A DNA stretch of 64,000 nucleotides, taken from the NCBI GenBank assembly GCA_963707025.1, contig CAVPOM010000005.1, positions 512,001 through 576,000 of the forward strand, read 5' to 3'. Position numbers and translations under genes: made by a program. This DNA is from an uncultured Verrucomicrobiae bacterium (GTDB taxonomy: Bacteria > Verrucomicrobiota > Verrucomicrobiia > Limisphaerales > Palsa-1400). How positions within the stretch are numbered: the stretch's first letter is position 1; each line of letters starts with the position of its first letter. Below are positions 63,122 through 64,000 of the stretch, one piece after another. The notes beneath the pieces were generated by a model. The model did no database searches. It worked only from the letters and a program-made list of their open reading frames with translations, and had not been told where the DNA came from.

Positions 63122-64000
63122 ATGCACGCGCCACTTTCCCCGGAAACTCCAATCCCCGGCTCCCATTCGCACTCGGGCGGCGGCATCCAGCTTTTCAGCG
63201 CGATCGTTGCCGCGCTCGGCTCATTGCTCTTCGGCTTTGACACGGCCGTGATCTCCGGCGCCACGGAAGCGCTGCGCCAGACGTTTGCGCTCAGCGACAA
63301 CCTGCTCGGGTTTACCGTTTCCAGCGCGCTGATCGGCACGATGGTGGGAGCGCTGGGCGCCGGACGCCCGGCCGATTGGTGGGGACGGCGGCCAGTTCTT
63401 GCGCTGCTTGCCATGTTGTTTCTCATTTCCGCCGCCGGTTGCGCCGGTGCGTGGAACTGGCACGCCCTTCTTTTTTTCCGGTTTCTTGGAGGTGTGGCCG
63501 TGGGAGCGGCCTCGGTTGTCTGCCCGATGTATATTACCGAAATCGCTCCCGCAAAGAAGCGCGGGTTGCTCGTTTCTGTGAGCCAGTTGAACATCGTGGC
63601 TGGCATTCTTCTCGCCTATTTGTCCAACTATCTCGTGGCTCATTTCCTCGGTGCGGAAAATCCGGGCGCGTGGCGCTGGATGTTTGGCGTGATGGCCTTT
63701 CCATCGCTTGTATTTCTGGCCGCCACGCTGGTTATTCCTGAAAGTCCGCGCTGGCTGGTCAAAAAGAATCGGCTGGCCGAGGCCGAAACCGTTCTCGTCC
63801 GCTTCGGCCATGAAGAGCCGGCGCGCGAAAACCGGGAAATTCAGGAATCGCTATCCACCGAAACTGCGGGTGTAAGCGACCGGCTCTTTCAGCGCAAATA
63901 CCTGCGGCCGCTGTTACTCGTCTGCATGGTGGCCGTATTCAATCAACTCGATGGCATCAACGCCGTCATTTACTACACCACGGACATCTTCCGCATGGCC
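63122..64000 (+). CDS. Sugar porter family MFS transporter, partial
   Basis: Own translation: 'ALGSLLFGFDTAVISGA', 'ADWWGRR', 'MYITEIAPAKKRG', 'PESPRWL', 'QLDGINAVIYY'; open to the window end. Confidence 0.93.
   Translation, partial: MHAPLSPETPIPGSHSHSGGGIQLFSAIVAALGSLLFGFDTAVISGATEALRQTFALSDNLLGFTVSSALIGTMVGALGAGRPADWWGRRPVLALLAMLFLISAAGCAGAWNWHALLFFRFLGGVAVGAASVVCPMYITEIAPAKKRGLLVSVSQLNIVAGILLAYLSNYLVAHFLGAENPGAWRWMFGVMAFPSLVFLAATLVIPESPRWLVKKNRLAEAETVLVRFGHEEPARENREIQESLSTETAGVSDRLFQRKYLRPLLLVCMVAVFNQLDGINAVIYYTTDIFRMA

Noticed and set aside
62272..63606. 444-aa GntR with a long N-terminal extension
   Set aside because: The extension is antisense to the MFS transporter; the regulator starts near 63057.

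Overview
GC-rich bacterial chromosomal window. The gene content (autotransporter-repeat giant protein, three S53 sedolisins, C-terminal F[FY]R-type modules, REP-like repeats) suggests a soil Verrucomicrobium; this is inference only. From left to right: (i) a >2500-aa passenger-repeat surface protein behind a LacI regulator, with two matching operators; (ii) an XRE repressor with a divergent promoter next to fragments of restriction-modification genes around an IS3; (iii) hemerythrin, a sigma54-driven pilin, nested MITE/REP elements, an S53 protease and a ~2200-aa propeller/PA14/diheme-cytochrome protein; (iv) a 17-kb co-oriented array (27.4-44.6 kb) of signal-peptide-bearing, phage-fibre-like proteins with self-cleaving chaperones, interleaved with cargo proteins that share one C-terminal module and with a small secreted partner, including decayed copies; this is the best candidate for an undescribed system; (v) two Gfo/Idh/MocA oxidoreductases, two copies of one IS4-family element, a GH51, a metal ABC system with a permease-SBP fusion and a GntR-regulated mannose/alpha-mannoside locus. 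Six apparent single-base frameshifts in otherwise intact genes may be sequencing errors. No tRNA, rRNA or CRISPR array was seen.
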